The notes under the pieces: model-generated
Seen by the model: only the letters and a program-made list of their open reading frames with translations
Told to the model about the DNA's origin: nothing
Databases searched by the model: none
Position numbers and translations under genes: made by a program
Part shown: positions 8,150 to 19,821 of the stretch, one piece after another
Position numbering within the stretch: position 1 is the first letter of the stretch
How the letters are laid out: the number at the start of each line of letters is the position of its first letter
Source: Deltaproteobacteria bacterium
GTDB taxonomy: Bacteria; Myxococcota_A; Polyangia; GCA-2747355; JADLHG01
DNA: 64,000 bases
Direction of reading: 5' to 3'
Assembly: GCA_020848905.1 (NCBI GenBank)
Contig: JADLHG010000017.1
Span: forward strand, 15,429 to 79,428

Positions 8150-9097
8150 TCAGGCGGCGGCCTGGACGTCGGCGAGAATCGGCTTCGCGTCGGTGCCGTC
8201 CCCCTTCACGCAGCCGAGGTAGGTGAAGGGGTCCTCGAGGACGCGCACGGCAGAGTTGATGCCGTGCCCCGCGGTGAGGCCGTCATCGGCGCGCTCGTCG
8301 TAGGTGAAACGGATCGGCAGGCACTTCTGGATCACGATCTGCCCGTCCTTCACGACCGCCCGCTCCTCGATCCGTCCCACCATCATGAACAGCGACGCAG
8401 TCCCCCACTCGTAGAGGTGGTGGTAGCCCGGGGCCATCCCCACGCTCCCGAGGTTGGCGATGAAGATCGAGCAGTACATGGGGTCGAAGCGAATGAAGGA
8501 ACCGGGGAGGATGTTGTAGTAGTCCATCCAGCGGAAGAGGCGCACGCCGAGCTTGAGCAGGGGACGGGGGAGGCTGGTCAGGAGGTTGTATTCCTTGTCC
8601 GCCGAGGTCACCTTGTCCGAGCGCTCCTCCTTGATACTGCCGTTGATGCGGGCGCAGAGCTGCTCGAAGTTCTCCTCGTCGCGCGCCTCCATCTTGACCG
8701 CTACCAGCTTGGCCGCCTTGTTCAGCTTCTGCCGCTTCATGCTGAAGCTGATCCAGGTGCCCTTGCGCTGGTAGATGCGCTCGCCCTTGGTGAAGCGGTT
8801 CATGCTCGGGTTGTGCTTCATGCCGAACATGCAGGCCGCGACCAGGCAGTGGGTCACGTCGCAGTGGAACTTCGCCTTCGTGGCTTCGAGGTAGGCCAGA
8901 AGCTTCTCCGCGTCGACTACCGTGTCGAAGTACACCACCGACTCGTTCCGCGTGGGCATGATGTGGAACATCATGGTCCGGTAGGGATGGATCCGCGGAA
9001 TGAGCGTGGCGTCCGGGCGCGACGTCTTGAGGTTCAGCAGCACCCACAGCACGAACAGCACCCCGACGACGATGAGGGCAATCAGCATCTTCACCAC
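8150..9097 (-). CDS. membrane-anchored 2-oxoacid dehydrogenase E2 / CAT-fold acyltransferase-like protein
   Basis: 315 aa. N-terminal TM helix MLIALIVVGVLFVLWVLL. The C-terminal segment PIRFTYDERADDGLTAG...VLEDP aligns by eye to the E2 catalytic motif s-DHR-x-x-DG ... le-P. Confidence 0.75.
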   Translation of the reverse strand: MVKMLIALIVVGVLFVLWVLLNLKTSRPDATLIPRIHPYRTMMFHIMPTRNESVVYFDTVVDAEKLLAYLEATKAKFHCDVTHCLVAACMFGMKHNPSMNRFTKGERIYQRKGTWISFSMKRQKLNKAAKLVAVKMEARDEENFEQLCARINGSIKEERSDKVTSADKEYNLLTSLPRPLLKLGVRLFRWMDYYNILPGSFIRFDPMYCSIFIANLGSVGMAPGYHHLYEWGTASLFMMVGRIEERAVVKDGQIVIQKCLPIRFTYDERADDGLTAGHGINSAVRVLEDPFTYLGCVKGDGTDAKPILADVQAAA

Positions 9098-9201
9098 CTC
9101 CCGCCGGGAACAAACGACACAACGCGCGCTGCCGTCAACTCCGAATCGCCGGCCGGGGCTCGCTGGCCTTGCCCTCCCCAGGACGGGCCCGACCGCCTAT
9201 A

Positions 9202-9705
9202 ATGCCGAGAATGAGCCCATTGATCGCACGCACCTGGTTCGCCCAGGATGGATCGCTGCACCTGGCGCTCGCGGGCGCCATCGACGAGACCTGTGACCTC
9301 GAGGCCGCGCTGGCGTCGATCGATCGCGACGTGGTGATCGACGTGTCGGCGGTGGACCGCATGAACTCCGTCGGCGTCCACCGCTGGATCACCACCCTCG
9401 ACCCGCTTTCGCGGCGGCACGCCGTGACGATCGAGGCCTGTCCGTATCCCATGGTGCTCCAGGCGAACGTGGTCGCGAACTTCTTCGGCGCGGCGAAGGT
9501 GGCCTCGTGTCTGGCGCCGTACTTCTGCACCGCCTGCCAGCAGACGCCCATGCTGCAGCTCTCCGCCGAGGAGGTTGGGGAGGCGGGAGGCGGTCCTCCC
9601 GAGAAGCCCTGCCCGAGCTGCGGCGGCGCGCTCACCTTCGACGAGCTGGAGAGCTACTTCGCGTTCCTCGACTCCGCGCGCGGGGCCACGCGGCGGCCGC
9701 GGTGA
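9202..9705 (+). CDS. STAS-domain (anti-sigma-factor-antagonist-like) protein with C-terminal CxxC...CxxC zinc ribbon
   Basis: LHLALAGAIDETCDLEAALASIDRDVVIDVSAVDRMNSVGVHRWI is a STAS-like pattern. The C-terminus carries CTAC...CPSC. ATG at 9202 or 9211. The TGA stop overlaps the GTG of the next gene (GTGA at 9702-9705). Confidence 0.65.
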   Translation: MPRMSPLIARTWFAQDGSLHLALAGAIDETCDLEAALASIDRDVVIDVSAVDRMNSVGVHRWITTLDPLSRRHAVTIEACPYPMVLQANVVANFFGAAKVASCLAPYFCTACQQTPMLQLSAEEVGEAGGGPPEKPCPSCGGALTFDELESYFAFLDSARGATRRPR

Positions 9706-12452
9706 AGGCGACACGGTCGCAGGAGCCGGCGCGCGCCGTGCTGGTGCTGGACGCGGAGGGGGCGGAGGGGCGTCCGCTCGCGGATAGCGTCGAGGTGGCG
9801 GGCTTCCGCTCGCAGGTGGTGCCGGCGTTCGATGAGCTGCAGCGCGCCTTTCGCGACGGGGCGGCTCCCCTCGCGGTCGTGGCCTACGAGGCGCTCTGGC
9901 CCGCACCGCAGCGCGCCCTGCGGACGCTCCGCGAGGTCTGTCCGGCCGCGCGGCTGGTCGTGGCCTACGCCGACGGCTCGCCGAGGATTGGCCTCGGCAA
10001 GCGCCTCTGGTCCGAGGGTCTCATCGACTACTGGGTGTCGCGGTCGGCCGGTCCGCGCGAGTTCGCCAAGCTGCTCACCCAGGCCGCGGCCGACCTGGCG
10101 GCGGACGACTCGGGGGCCACCTCGGAGCGACCGTCGCCCCCCGCAGCCGCCGGCTGGGGCGGAGCGCTGCGAGAGCTGGACCGGCTGGGCCGAGCCCTGA
10201 ACAACACGCGGCGGCTCGACGAGCTCCTGCGCGAGGTCCGGCGGCGGACGCGTTCGCTCGTCGAGGCCTACGTGGTGCAGGTGCTCCTCCACGACGAGAC
10301 GGCCCCCAAGCTCTTCAGCTTCCCCTCGGCACCCGTCCAGCACGAGGTGTCGTGGCGGCTCGTCGAGTCGGCCTGCGCGGCCCTGAGCGGCCATCTCGTC
10401 CGGCCCCTCGACCCGCTCGAGGTGGCGGCGTTCCAGAGCCCGCCGCTCGACGCCGCGAGCTCCGAGGCGGTCTCCGACGCGCTCTCCGCCCCGCCGCTGC
10501 ACGTACCGCTCTTCGCGCAGGGGGTGCTCGTGGGCTGCCTGAGCGTCCTGCCCTTCCCGGGCCGGCCCTGGCAACCCGAGCACGAGGCGCTGATCCGGCT
10601 TCTGGCCCATCAGCTTGCGGCGGCGCTCCGCGGCGTCGAGCTGCTCGCGGCCACGGAGGCCTCGGCCGAGGTGGACGAGCTGACGGGGCTGCGAAATCGT
10701 CGCGCGCTCTCCGCGCTCCTGCCGCAGGAGTGGCGGCGCGCCGAGCGTTTCGGCCTCGACCTCACGCTGCTAGTGATCGACGTCGACCGCTTCGCGGAGC
10801 TCAACGAACGGCTGGGCTATGCGACGGGCGACGAGATCCTGCGGCAGATCGCGACGCTCATCGCGAACCAGCTGCGCACGACCGATCACCTGATACACCT
10901 CGGGGCCGACCGCTTTCTCTGCGTGCTGACGGGCGAGGGACCGTCGGAGGCGGCGGTGGCTGCGGAGCGCGTCCTCCTGACCTTCAAGCAGCATCCGGTG
11001 CTGACCGATTCGCCGCTCGGGCCGGTGCACGTCGCCTGCAGCGCGGCCGTGGCCTCGCGTGCCGTGTCCGCGGCCAGCCAGCCCGAGGAGCTGCTCGAGC
11101 TGGCGGAAGCGGCGCTGCGGCGGGCCAAGGACGCGGGCGGAGGACGAACCGCGATCAGCCCTGCGCCGGCACGTCGGGAGGCCCGGGACACCGAGGAGAT
11201 CCAGATCGACGAGAAGCGCCGCGCCGCTCGCCTCGCCGCGGACCTGCCGGTGCGCTACCTCGAAATACCGGACCTCGAAGGCCACCTGACCGAGGCCCGC
11301 TCGATCAATATCAACGCGAGCGGCATCGCGCTTCTCGACCCGCAGGCGCGCTTGCGTCAGCACCACTACGCCCTGCTCTACGTCGAAGGCGCGCAGTCGC
11401 CGATCCTCGCCCGCGTGGTGTGGACCGCGGACAGCGGCGACGGGCCGAGGTCCGCGGGCCTCACCTTCCTGACCCCGGAGGAGCTCGTTTCGCGCGTGAG
11501 GGCCGTGGAGCGCGTGAGGTCCGCGCCCGTGGCGCTGGTGGTCACGGACAACCCGCGAACCTGGGAGCAGGTCGAGCGGGTGCTCATCGCCGCGCGCTAC
11601 CAGATGCTCGTGCTCAAGAGCGGGATGCCGTTGCCGAGCACCGAGGAGCTCTCGGAGTTCTCCCTGGTCGTGGTGGGGGAGAACGCGCTGCACTCCTGGT
11701 TCGGCGAGCGCCTGGCGGCGGTGCGCCTCCGGCTGCGTGGTCGCGCGCGCATCGTGGTGATCAACGAATCCGAAGACCGCGGGGAAGCGCTCCGGACGAT
11801 CGCTTCACACGAGATTCAGCACTTCGTGGCCCACAGCGACCGCTCCGACGAGGCGCTCTTCGCCACCCTGAACAAGTTGCTCGTGGGCGAGTACTTCGGC
11901 ATGCAGAAGTACCTGCTCTGGGGGACGAGCCCGAAGTCCTGGACCATCCGCAAGCGCGAGGACAAGGAGCAGGTGCTCGACGGGATCCGGCAGGTGGCGC
12001 GCGAGGTCTATTGTCATCCGCGCCTCTCCGACCTGCTCATCGCCGCGCTGGACGAGATGCTGATCAACGCCATGTACGGGGGAGGCGCCCCCGGACGGGA
12101 CGCCCCGGACCGGGTGACCGTGGAGTGCGGCACCGACGGACGCCTGCTGGCCGTCTCGGTGGTCGACGACCGCGGCAACTTCGCCTTCGAAGACCTCTAC
12201 CGGGCCCTCGACCAGGGGCTGTCGCGAGCCGCCGAGGGGATTCCGGGCGGCGCCGCGAGCGCGCGCATCGGTTTCCGGACCATGCTCGACTGTCTGAGCC
12301 AGCTGGCGATCAACGTCGAGCTCGGCCGCCGCACCGAGGTCATCGGCATCGTGGACCTGCGGAAGCCCTTCCGCGAGTACCGGCGGTCGATCCCCACGCT
12401 CGGTCTCTTCACCACGGCCGACAGCAAGAGTGACCCCCCGCAAGAGGGGTGA
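9702..12452 (+). CDS. multidomain signalling protein: pseudo-receiver, GAF, degenerate GGDEF (GADRF, RxxD I-site kept), PilZ, second pseudo-receiver, RsbW/SpoIIAB-like HATPase
   Basis: Trimmed to GTG 9702; 916 aa. DELTGLRNRRAL...VIDVDRFAELNERLGYATGDEILR...RTTDHLIHLGADRF is a GGDEF fold. RRAARL...NINASGIAL is PilZ-like. LIAALDEMLINAMYGG...AVSVVDDRGNF has the N-box/G1-like motifs of anti-sigma-factor kinases. Confidence 0.8.
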   Translation: MKATRSQEPARAVLVLDAEGAEGRPLADSVEVAGFRSQVVPAFDELQRAFRDGAAPLAVVAYEALWPAPQRALRTLREVCPAARLVVAYADGSPRIGLGKRLWSEGLIDYWVSRSAGPREFAKLLTQAAADLAADDSGATSERPSPPAAAGWGGALRELDRLGRALNNTRRLDELLREVRRRTRSLVEAYVVQVLLHDETAPKLFSFPSAPVQHEVSWRLVESACAALSGHLVRPLDPLEVAAFQSPPLDAASSEAVSDALSAPPLHVPLFAQGVLVGCLSVLPFPGRPWQPEHEALIRLLAHQLAAALRGVELLAATEASAEVDELTGLRNRRALSALLPQEWRRAERFGLDLTLLVIDVDRFAELNERLGYATGDEILRQIATLIANQLRTTDHLIHLGADRFLCVLTGEGPSEAAVAAERVLLTFKQHPVLTDSPLGPVHVACSAAVASRAVSAASQPEELLELAEAALRRAKDAGGGRTAISPAPARREARDTEEIQIDEKRRAARLAADLPVRYLEIPDLEGHLTEARSININASGIALLDPQARLRQHHYALLYVEGAQSPILARVVWTADSGDGPRSAGLTFLTPEELVSRVRAVERVRSAPVALVVTDNPRTWEQVERVLIAARYQMLVLKSGMPLPSTEELSEFSLVVVGENALHSWFGERLAAVRLRLRGRARIVVINESEDRGEALRTIASHEIQHFVAHSDRSDEALFATLNKLLVGEYFGMQKYLLWGTSPKSWTIRKREDKEQVLDGIRQVAREVYCHPRLSDLLIAALDEMLINAMYGGGAPGRDAPDRVTVECGTDGRLLAVSVVDDRGNFAFEDLYRALDQGLSRAAEGIPGGAASARIGFRTMLDCLSQLAINVELGRRTEVIGIVDLRKPFREYRRSIPTLGLFTTADSKSDPPQEG

Positions 12453-12467
12453 TAGGCTCGCGCCAGG

Positions 12468-13775
12468 ATGCAGTTCGAGGGGCGCGAGGTTTTCGGGCCG
12501 TACGTGCTGTTGGACCGAGTGGGCGTCGGAGGGATGGCCGAGGTCTTCTTGGCCGCGCTGCGCGACGAGCCCGACGCGCCCTGGGTCGTGGTCAAGCGCA
12601 TCCTCCCCGAGCTCGCGTCGCGCCCGGACGTGGTGGAGATGTTTCTCGACGAGAAGCGGCTCACGTCGCTCCTCGTGCACCCGAACGTGGTGCGGCTGGA
12701 GGACTCGGGGGAGGTGGAGGGGGTGCACTTTCTCGCGCTCGAGTACGTCGATGGCGCCTCCTTGCGGCAGCTGCAGAAGGCGCGGCGTCGCCTCGGACTC
12801 CCCCGCGATCTGGCCTGCTGGGTCGTCTCCGAGGCCTGCGCGGGCCTCGGCTACGCGCACAGCCGCACGCTCACCTACTCGAGTCAGCCGCTGGACCTCG
12901 TCCACCGCGACATCAGTCCGCAGAACATCCTGCTCTCCAAGGCCGGTGCGGTGAAGCTGGCCGACTTCGGCGTGGCCCGGGCGGGCCCGCGACTGTCGCA
13001 GACCTCCCCCGGGCACGTGAAGGGCAAGTACTCCTTCATGTCGCCGGAGCAGCTCTTGCGGCAGCCGCTCGACCACCGCTCGGACATCTTTTCCATCGGG
13101 GCCGTGCTCTACGAGACGACGACCGGAGCGCCGATGGTGCGAGGGAGCAGCCCGCAGGAGATCTGCGACGCGATCCAGCTACGGCGCATCGTCCCGCCGG
13201 AGCAGCGTGTGGCGGACTATCCCCCGGCGCTCGGTCGGGTGGTGATGCGGGCGCTCGAGCCGCGGCCCGAGGACCGCTACGGCAGCGCCGAGGAGCTGCG
13301 GAAGGAGCTCGTCGCCCTCGTCGATCCCGAGCGGGGGAACGCGGAGAAGCTGGCCGAGCTGGTGGTCGCCGCGGCGGCGGGGCAAGGGCTCTCGGGGGTG
13401 TCGAGCGACCAGCTGGACCTCGCAACGGCCAGCGGTGCGGAGGCGGTGGCCAGGCGTTCCTTCTCCTCGCAGCGGTCGGGGTCGGGGCGCGGGGAGGCGC
13501 GCTCCGTGCGCCCGGCGACGGGAGCCACGGCCACCGGACCGCAGCCGCTCCCGACGCGAGCGGAGGCGAAGGCGTGGCAGGCCCCGGAGGAAGAGGAGGC
13601 GGCGCTCCCCACGGTGGATGCCTTCGATGACCTCACGGTCCCCGAGCGGAACCCGGCGGGAGCCGACGCGCCGGTCGCCCGGCGGATGGACTGGCGTCGG
13701 CCGGTGATCTGGCTGGTGGTGGCCGGCGGCGTGATCCTGGTGGCCGTGCTGGTCGCCGGTCGCTTCCTCCTCTGA
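12468..13775 (+). CDS. Ser/Thr protein kinase with C-terminal transmembrane anchor
   Basis: VGVGGMAEVFLA, VVVKRI, LVHRDISPQNILL, KLADFGVAR and SFMSPEQ. C-terminal TM helix VIWLVVAGGVILVAVLVAG. Confidence 0.9.
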   Translation: MQFEGREVFGPYVLLDRVGVGGMAEVFLAALRDEPDAPWVVVKRILPELASRPDVVEMFLDEKRLTSLLVHPNVVRLEDSGEVEGVHFLALEYVDGASLRQLQKARRRLGLPRDLACWVVSEACAGLGYAHSRTLTYSSQPLDLVHRDISPQNILLSKAGAVKLADFGVARAGPRLSQTSPGHVKGKYSFMSPEQLLRQPLDHRSDIFSIGAVLYETTTGAPMVRGSSPQEICDAIQLRRIVPPEQRVADYPPALGRVVMRALEPRPEDRYGSAEELRKELVALVDPERGNAEKLAELVVAAAAGQGLSGVSSDQLDLATASGAEAVARRSFSSQRSGSGRGEARSVRPATGATATGPQPLPTRAEAKAWQAPEEEEAALPTVDAFDDLTVPERNPAGADAPVARRMDWRRPVIWLVVAGGVILVAVLVAGRFLL

Positions 13776-13834
13776 AGGAAGAGCCACCGGTGCCGCGCTT
13801 GCGCGACGTGGGTCGCCGCTGCTAAGCAAGGAGA

Positions 13835-14923
13835 GTGCAAGACCCGTCGCGGCAGAGGGGGCGGTCGCGCCTCGGGAGCATCGCCTCGCGCCTGTCGCCC
13901 GCGCTGCTGGCCGCGGGCGGCCTCGCGCTCTTTCTCTACGTCGTGGGGCGCTCGGGGGTCACCGTCTCGATGCTGCGCGGGGTCGGCCTCGACGCGCTGC
14001 TGGTGCTGGTGGGCGTCTCGGCGGCCGTGATGCTCCTCGATACCGTGGCGTGGACCTTCGCCGTGCGCCACGTGGCGCGGCCGCACTTCGGGCGACTCTT
14101 CGTGCTCAAGCTGGCGGGCGACGCGTTGACCAACGGGCTCCCCGGTGGCGTGGTGCTCGGCGAGCCCTACAAGGCGCTCATGCTGCGCGCCTGGCACGGC
14201 GTCTCGCTGGCCGACAACGCCGCGGTGCTGGTGGTGCTCAAGCTCTGCGTGGCGCTGTCGCAGGTCGTCTTCGTGCTCGCCGGCCTGACGCTCGCCTATC
14301 CCCTGCTGCGCGATCGGTCGCACGAGCTCGTGGGGTTTCACGGCGCGCATCTGGCCGCGCTCGGCCTCACGGCAGGGCTGGTGCTCGTCCTCGGTCTCAG
14401 CCTCTGGTTCTTCGTGCGGGGGAGGTCCTTCGCCGACGTGGCGCGCCTGCTGGCCCTCCTGCCGCTCTCGCCGCTCCGGCGCTTTCTTTCGCGTCGGGCC
14501 GAGGGGATCGCGGCGCTCGACCGTGCGGCCAGCGCGGTCCTCAAGGGCAACCTCCGCAACCTCGCCGTCACCTTCCTGGCCTACGAGCTCGGCTGGTTCG
14601 TGGGGGTAGTGGAGACCTATCTGCTCCTCGGTTTCCTCGGGCTCCCGGCGAGCGTGACCACCGCGCTGGTCATCGAATCGGTCGGCTCGCTCTTCCGGCT
14701 CATCTTCTTCATGTTCCCGTCGGGGATCGGGGGACAGGACGCGAGCTTCCTCGCGCTCTTTCGCCTCTACGGCTTCGGCGTGCCGGCCGGCGGCGCCTTC
14801 GTGCTGCTCAAGCGCGGCAAGGAGGCGGTCTGGATCGCCGTCGGCTTCCTCTTCGTGGCGCTCCTCCGACGGTCCCATCGGGCCGCCGCGAAATCGGCAG
14901 AGCGCGACGGAAGTTCGTCGTAG
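13835..14923 (+). CDS. flippase-like (LPG-synthase TM / UPF0104-type) integral membrane protein
   Basis: GTG start with GGAGAG upstream. About 8 hydrophobic helices. KLAGDALTNGLPGGVVLGEPYKA fits the conserved P-x-GG loop of this family, from memory. Confidence 0.6.
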   Translation: MQDPSRQRGRSRLGSIASRLSPALLAAGGLALFLYVVGRSGVTVSMLRGVGLDALLVLVGVSAAVMLLDTVAWTFAVRHVARPHFGRLFVLKLAGDALTNGLPGGVVLGEPYKALMLRAWHGVSLADNAAVLVVLKLCVALSQVVFVLAGLTLAYPLLRDRSHELVGFHGAHLAALGLTAGLVLVLGLSLWFFVRGRSFADVARLLALLPLSPLRRFLSRRAEGIAALDRAASAVLKGNLRNLAVTFLAYELGWFVGVVETYLLLGFLGLPASVTTALVIESVGSLFRLIFFMFPSGIGGQDASFLALFRLYGFGVPAGGAFVLLKRGKEAVWIAVGFLFVALLRRSHRAAAKSAERDGSSS

Positions 14924-14950
14924 GATGAGCTACGTACCGAGAGGTCCTTC

Positions 14951-15565
<615 letters not shown>

Positions 15566-15578
15566 GGCGCCTCGCCGC

Positions 15579-17132
15579 CTAGATCAGGCCCTTCGTCACC
15601 GCGCGCACCAGCAGGAACTTGAGCCTGGGGCCGACGCCGCGGGGGTCGACCTTCTCGGCGGGGCGAGAGTGGTGCCGCAGGTCGCGCTCGAAGGCCTTCT
15701 GGATCGGCTGGCACGAGTTGCCGCCGCTCAGATGAAAGGCCAGCTCGCGGTTGTTGAGGAAGGCGCTGGCGATCGCGTTCGTGGAGCCGCAGAAGGCGCT
15801 GAGCGTCTTGCCCGCCCCCTTCGTCCGCTTGTGAAACAGATAGACCTTGGCGTGGAGCTGCGTGGTACCGGGCGGAGCGACGTAGACGTGGGCCTGGGCC
15901 CCCATCTTCTGTAGCCGATAGATGCCGTAGACGTCCGGGACGCCCTCGGCGAGCCGTTCGAGGAAGCTCGGTTGCCTGACCTGGAGCGCTCCCTTCGTGA
16001 AGTGCGCGTGCTCCTTGGCGTGCCGCAAGGTGACGGTCTGCCCCGTGGCCTCGAGGGTCAGCTCGCAGGGGAAGGCGGGGCAGGTCACGACGCGGGCGCT
16101 GGGCTCGACGGTGAGCTGGAAGGCCGGGCGGCCTGCCGCGCGGACGGTGACGCGGAGCGCGTGGGTCGCGGTGTTGGTGACGCCGCCCGTGGGGCCGAAG
16201 TAGTTGGTGGGGTCCACGATGGCCCGGATGCGCACGCCACGCTCGCGGATGGCGCGCTCCATCGCGTCGAGGAGCGCGTGGTCCGAGAGGTCCATCATCC
16301 AGAGGTCGAGGCCGTCGCCGCGCTTCAAGCGATCGACCATGCGCACGATGTGATCGTGGGTGGAGTGGTCCAGGGCGTGGGACCGCGTCACGGTGATGTG
16401 CGCCTGGCCGGGCCTCGGCGCTCTCGGGTCGGCGAAGGCTCGCGCGCGAGGCGCTCCGGTCACGAACTCGCGCATCGCGCGACCCAGGCGGCGGGGGACC
16501 TCGCGCCACCGCTCCCGGCCCTGGTGAAAGACCTCGAGGAAGCCCTCGACGGCGGGCCCCTCGATGCGGGTCATGAGGTCTCGGTTGAGGTCGCCGTCGA
16601 AGTTCACTCCACCGGCCCAGGCGATGCGGCGATCGATCACCGTCAGCTTCACGTGGTCCACCGCGATGAGCCGCTTCACGAAGCCGAGCCGGAGGAGCCG
16701 CTTGTCGAAGAAGCGGACGTCGGCCCCGGCGGTCTGCAGGAGCGCCACGAGAGCGGGCTCGGCCTGGCTCTTGTGCAGCGTGACCTGCACCCCCACCCCC
16801 GCGCGGGCGCGCTCGGCCAGGACCTCGGCCACAGCGCGTCCGGGGCTGCCGCTCAGCATGTAGGTCTCGAAGCAGATCTCGCGCTCGGCGACGGCCAGGT
16901 CGCGCAGGATGTCGCGTCGCGCCTTGATCCCCGAGGTCACGTGCGTGACGCGGTTCCCGCCGAAGGTGCGCGCTCCTCGGTCGCCGGGTGCCGCGCTCGT
17001 CGGGGTTGCGGGGCCCAGGGCCATGACGAGGCCGAGAGGCACGAGGAGGGAGAGGGCCCCGCTACGTCCCCGGCGCGAGAGGCGGGGGTGCAGCTTGGGC
17101 ACGGGAACCTGGGCTCCGGGAGACGCTGACAT
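15579..17132 (-). CDS. secreted phospholipase D / cardiolipin-synthase-family protein (two HKD-type motifs)
   Basis: Signal peptide LSLLVPLGLVMALG. First motif HVKLTVIDRRIAWAGGVNFD is HxKxxxxD plus GG-N. Second motif HAKVYLFH...FCGSTNA has His in place of the Asp. Confidence 0.8.
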   Translation of the reverse strand: MSASPGAQVPVPKLHPRLSRRGRSGALSLLVPLGLVMALGPATPTSAAPGDRGARTFGGNRVTHVTSGIKARRDILRDLAVAEREICFETYMLSGSPGRAVAEVLAERARAGVGVQVTLHKSQAEPALVALLQTAGADVRFFDKRLLRLGFVKRLIAVDHVKLTVIDRRIAWAGGVNFDGDLNRDLMTRIEGPAVEGFLEVFHQGRERWREVPRRLGRAMREFVTGAPRARAFADPRAPRPGQAHITVTRSHALDHSTHDHIVRMVDRLKRGDGLDLWMMDLSDHALLDAMERAIRERGVRIRAIVDPTNYFGPTGGVTNTATHALRVTVRAAGRPAFQLTVEPSARVVTCPAFPCELTLEATGQTVTLRHAKEHAHFTKGALQVRQPSFLERLAEGVPDVYGIYRLQKMGAQAHVYVAPPGTTQLHAKVYLFHKRTKGAGKTLSAFCGSTNAIASAFLNNRELAFHLSGGNSCQPIQKAFERDLRHHSRPAEKVDPRGVGPRLKFLLVRAVTKGLI

Positions 17133-17151
17133 GGGTCGTGGACCGGGCTAC

Positions 17152-17167
17152 AGCACGAGCCGTGCCA
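17152..17167 (-). promoter_or_regulatory. sigma54-type -24/-12 element TGGCAC-N5-GTGCT
   Basis: The reverse complement reads TGGCACGGCTCGTGCT. Sits 19 nt upstream of the PLD-family gene ATG at 17132. The leader would be very short and has no SD. Confidence 0.35.
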
Positions 17168-17241
17168 CGGGCCGATCGGCGGGCTTTCAGGGCCTTAGCC
17201 GTGCGACGGGGTCATCGAGCCCCGCCTCACCGGCGTCCCGT

Positions 17242-17579
17242 CTAGCCGCCGGCCATGGGGGCGAGCAGGTAGAGCTCGTCTCCGTCGGCAAGCAGGCGCG
17301 CCCCCTGCTCCGCGAGGGGGCACCGCTCGCCGTTCAGCATCAGGGTGTGCCGGAGGTGCGGGCTCTCGGCCACGGCTTCCGCGAGCGGGACGCCGTGCTG
17401 CGCCCCTTGCGCCACGAGCTCGGCGAGCGTCGTGCCGGGAACCACGGCCAGCGTCTCGTCCACGTCGTACCAGCGTCCGCCGATCGTGCCGCGGATCAGC
17501 ACGTGCACGCGCAGGCGAGGTTCGCTGCCCGGCGCGGACGAACCGGGCGAGCCGGGCGAGGCCTTGCGGCGAAAGAGGC

Positions 17580-17583
<4 letters not shown>
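17242..17583 (-). CDS. MoaD/ThiS-family ubiquitin-like sulfur-carrier protein
   Basis: Ends in the ...LLAPMAGG di-glycine terminus. Beta-grasp-like [12 protein letters not shown]...GDELYLL. The GTG at 17583 overlaps the AOR stop (GTGA). An alternative GTG at 17508 would give about 89 aa. Confidence 0.65.
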
Positions 17584-19685
<2,102 letters not shown>

Positions 19686-19821
19686 GGCGGCATAGTAGCA
19701 CCGAGCTGCCGCGCCGAAAGGGCCCTCGCCCCGTCGCGCGCTCGCGCGGGGCAAACTTGAAGGGGGCCGCCGCGGGGCGTATCGTCGGGGGCACCGTCGT
19801 TCGACAGACAGAGGAGAGGGC

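Noticed and set aside
19686-19821. Possible Moco/Tuco riboswitch or other leader RNA upstream of the AOR gene, including a GC hairpin at 19729-19751.
   Set aside because: I could not find the conserved Moco-motif core sequences. The region is only 136 nt and is shared with the divergent ATP-grasp gene. 9-bp GC hairpins are expected by chance in DNA this GC-rich.
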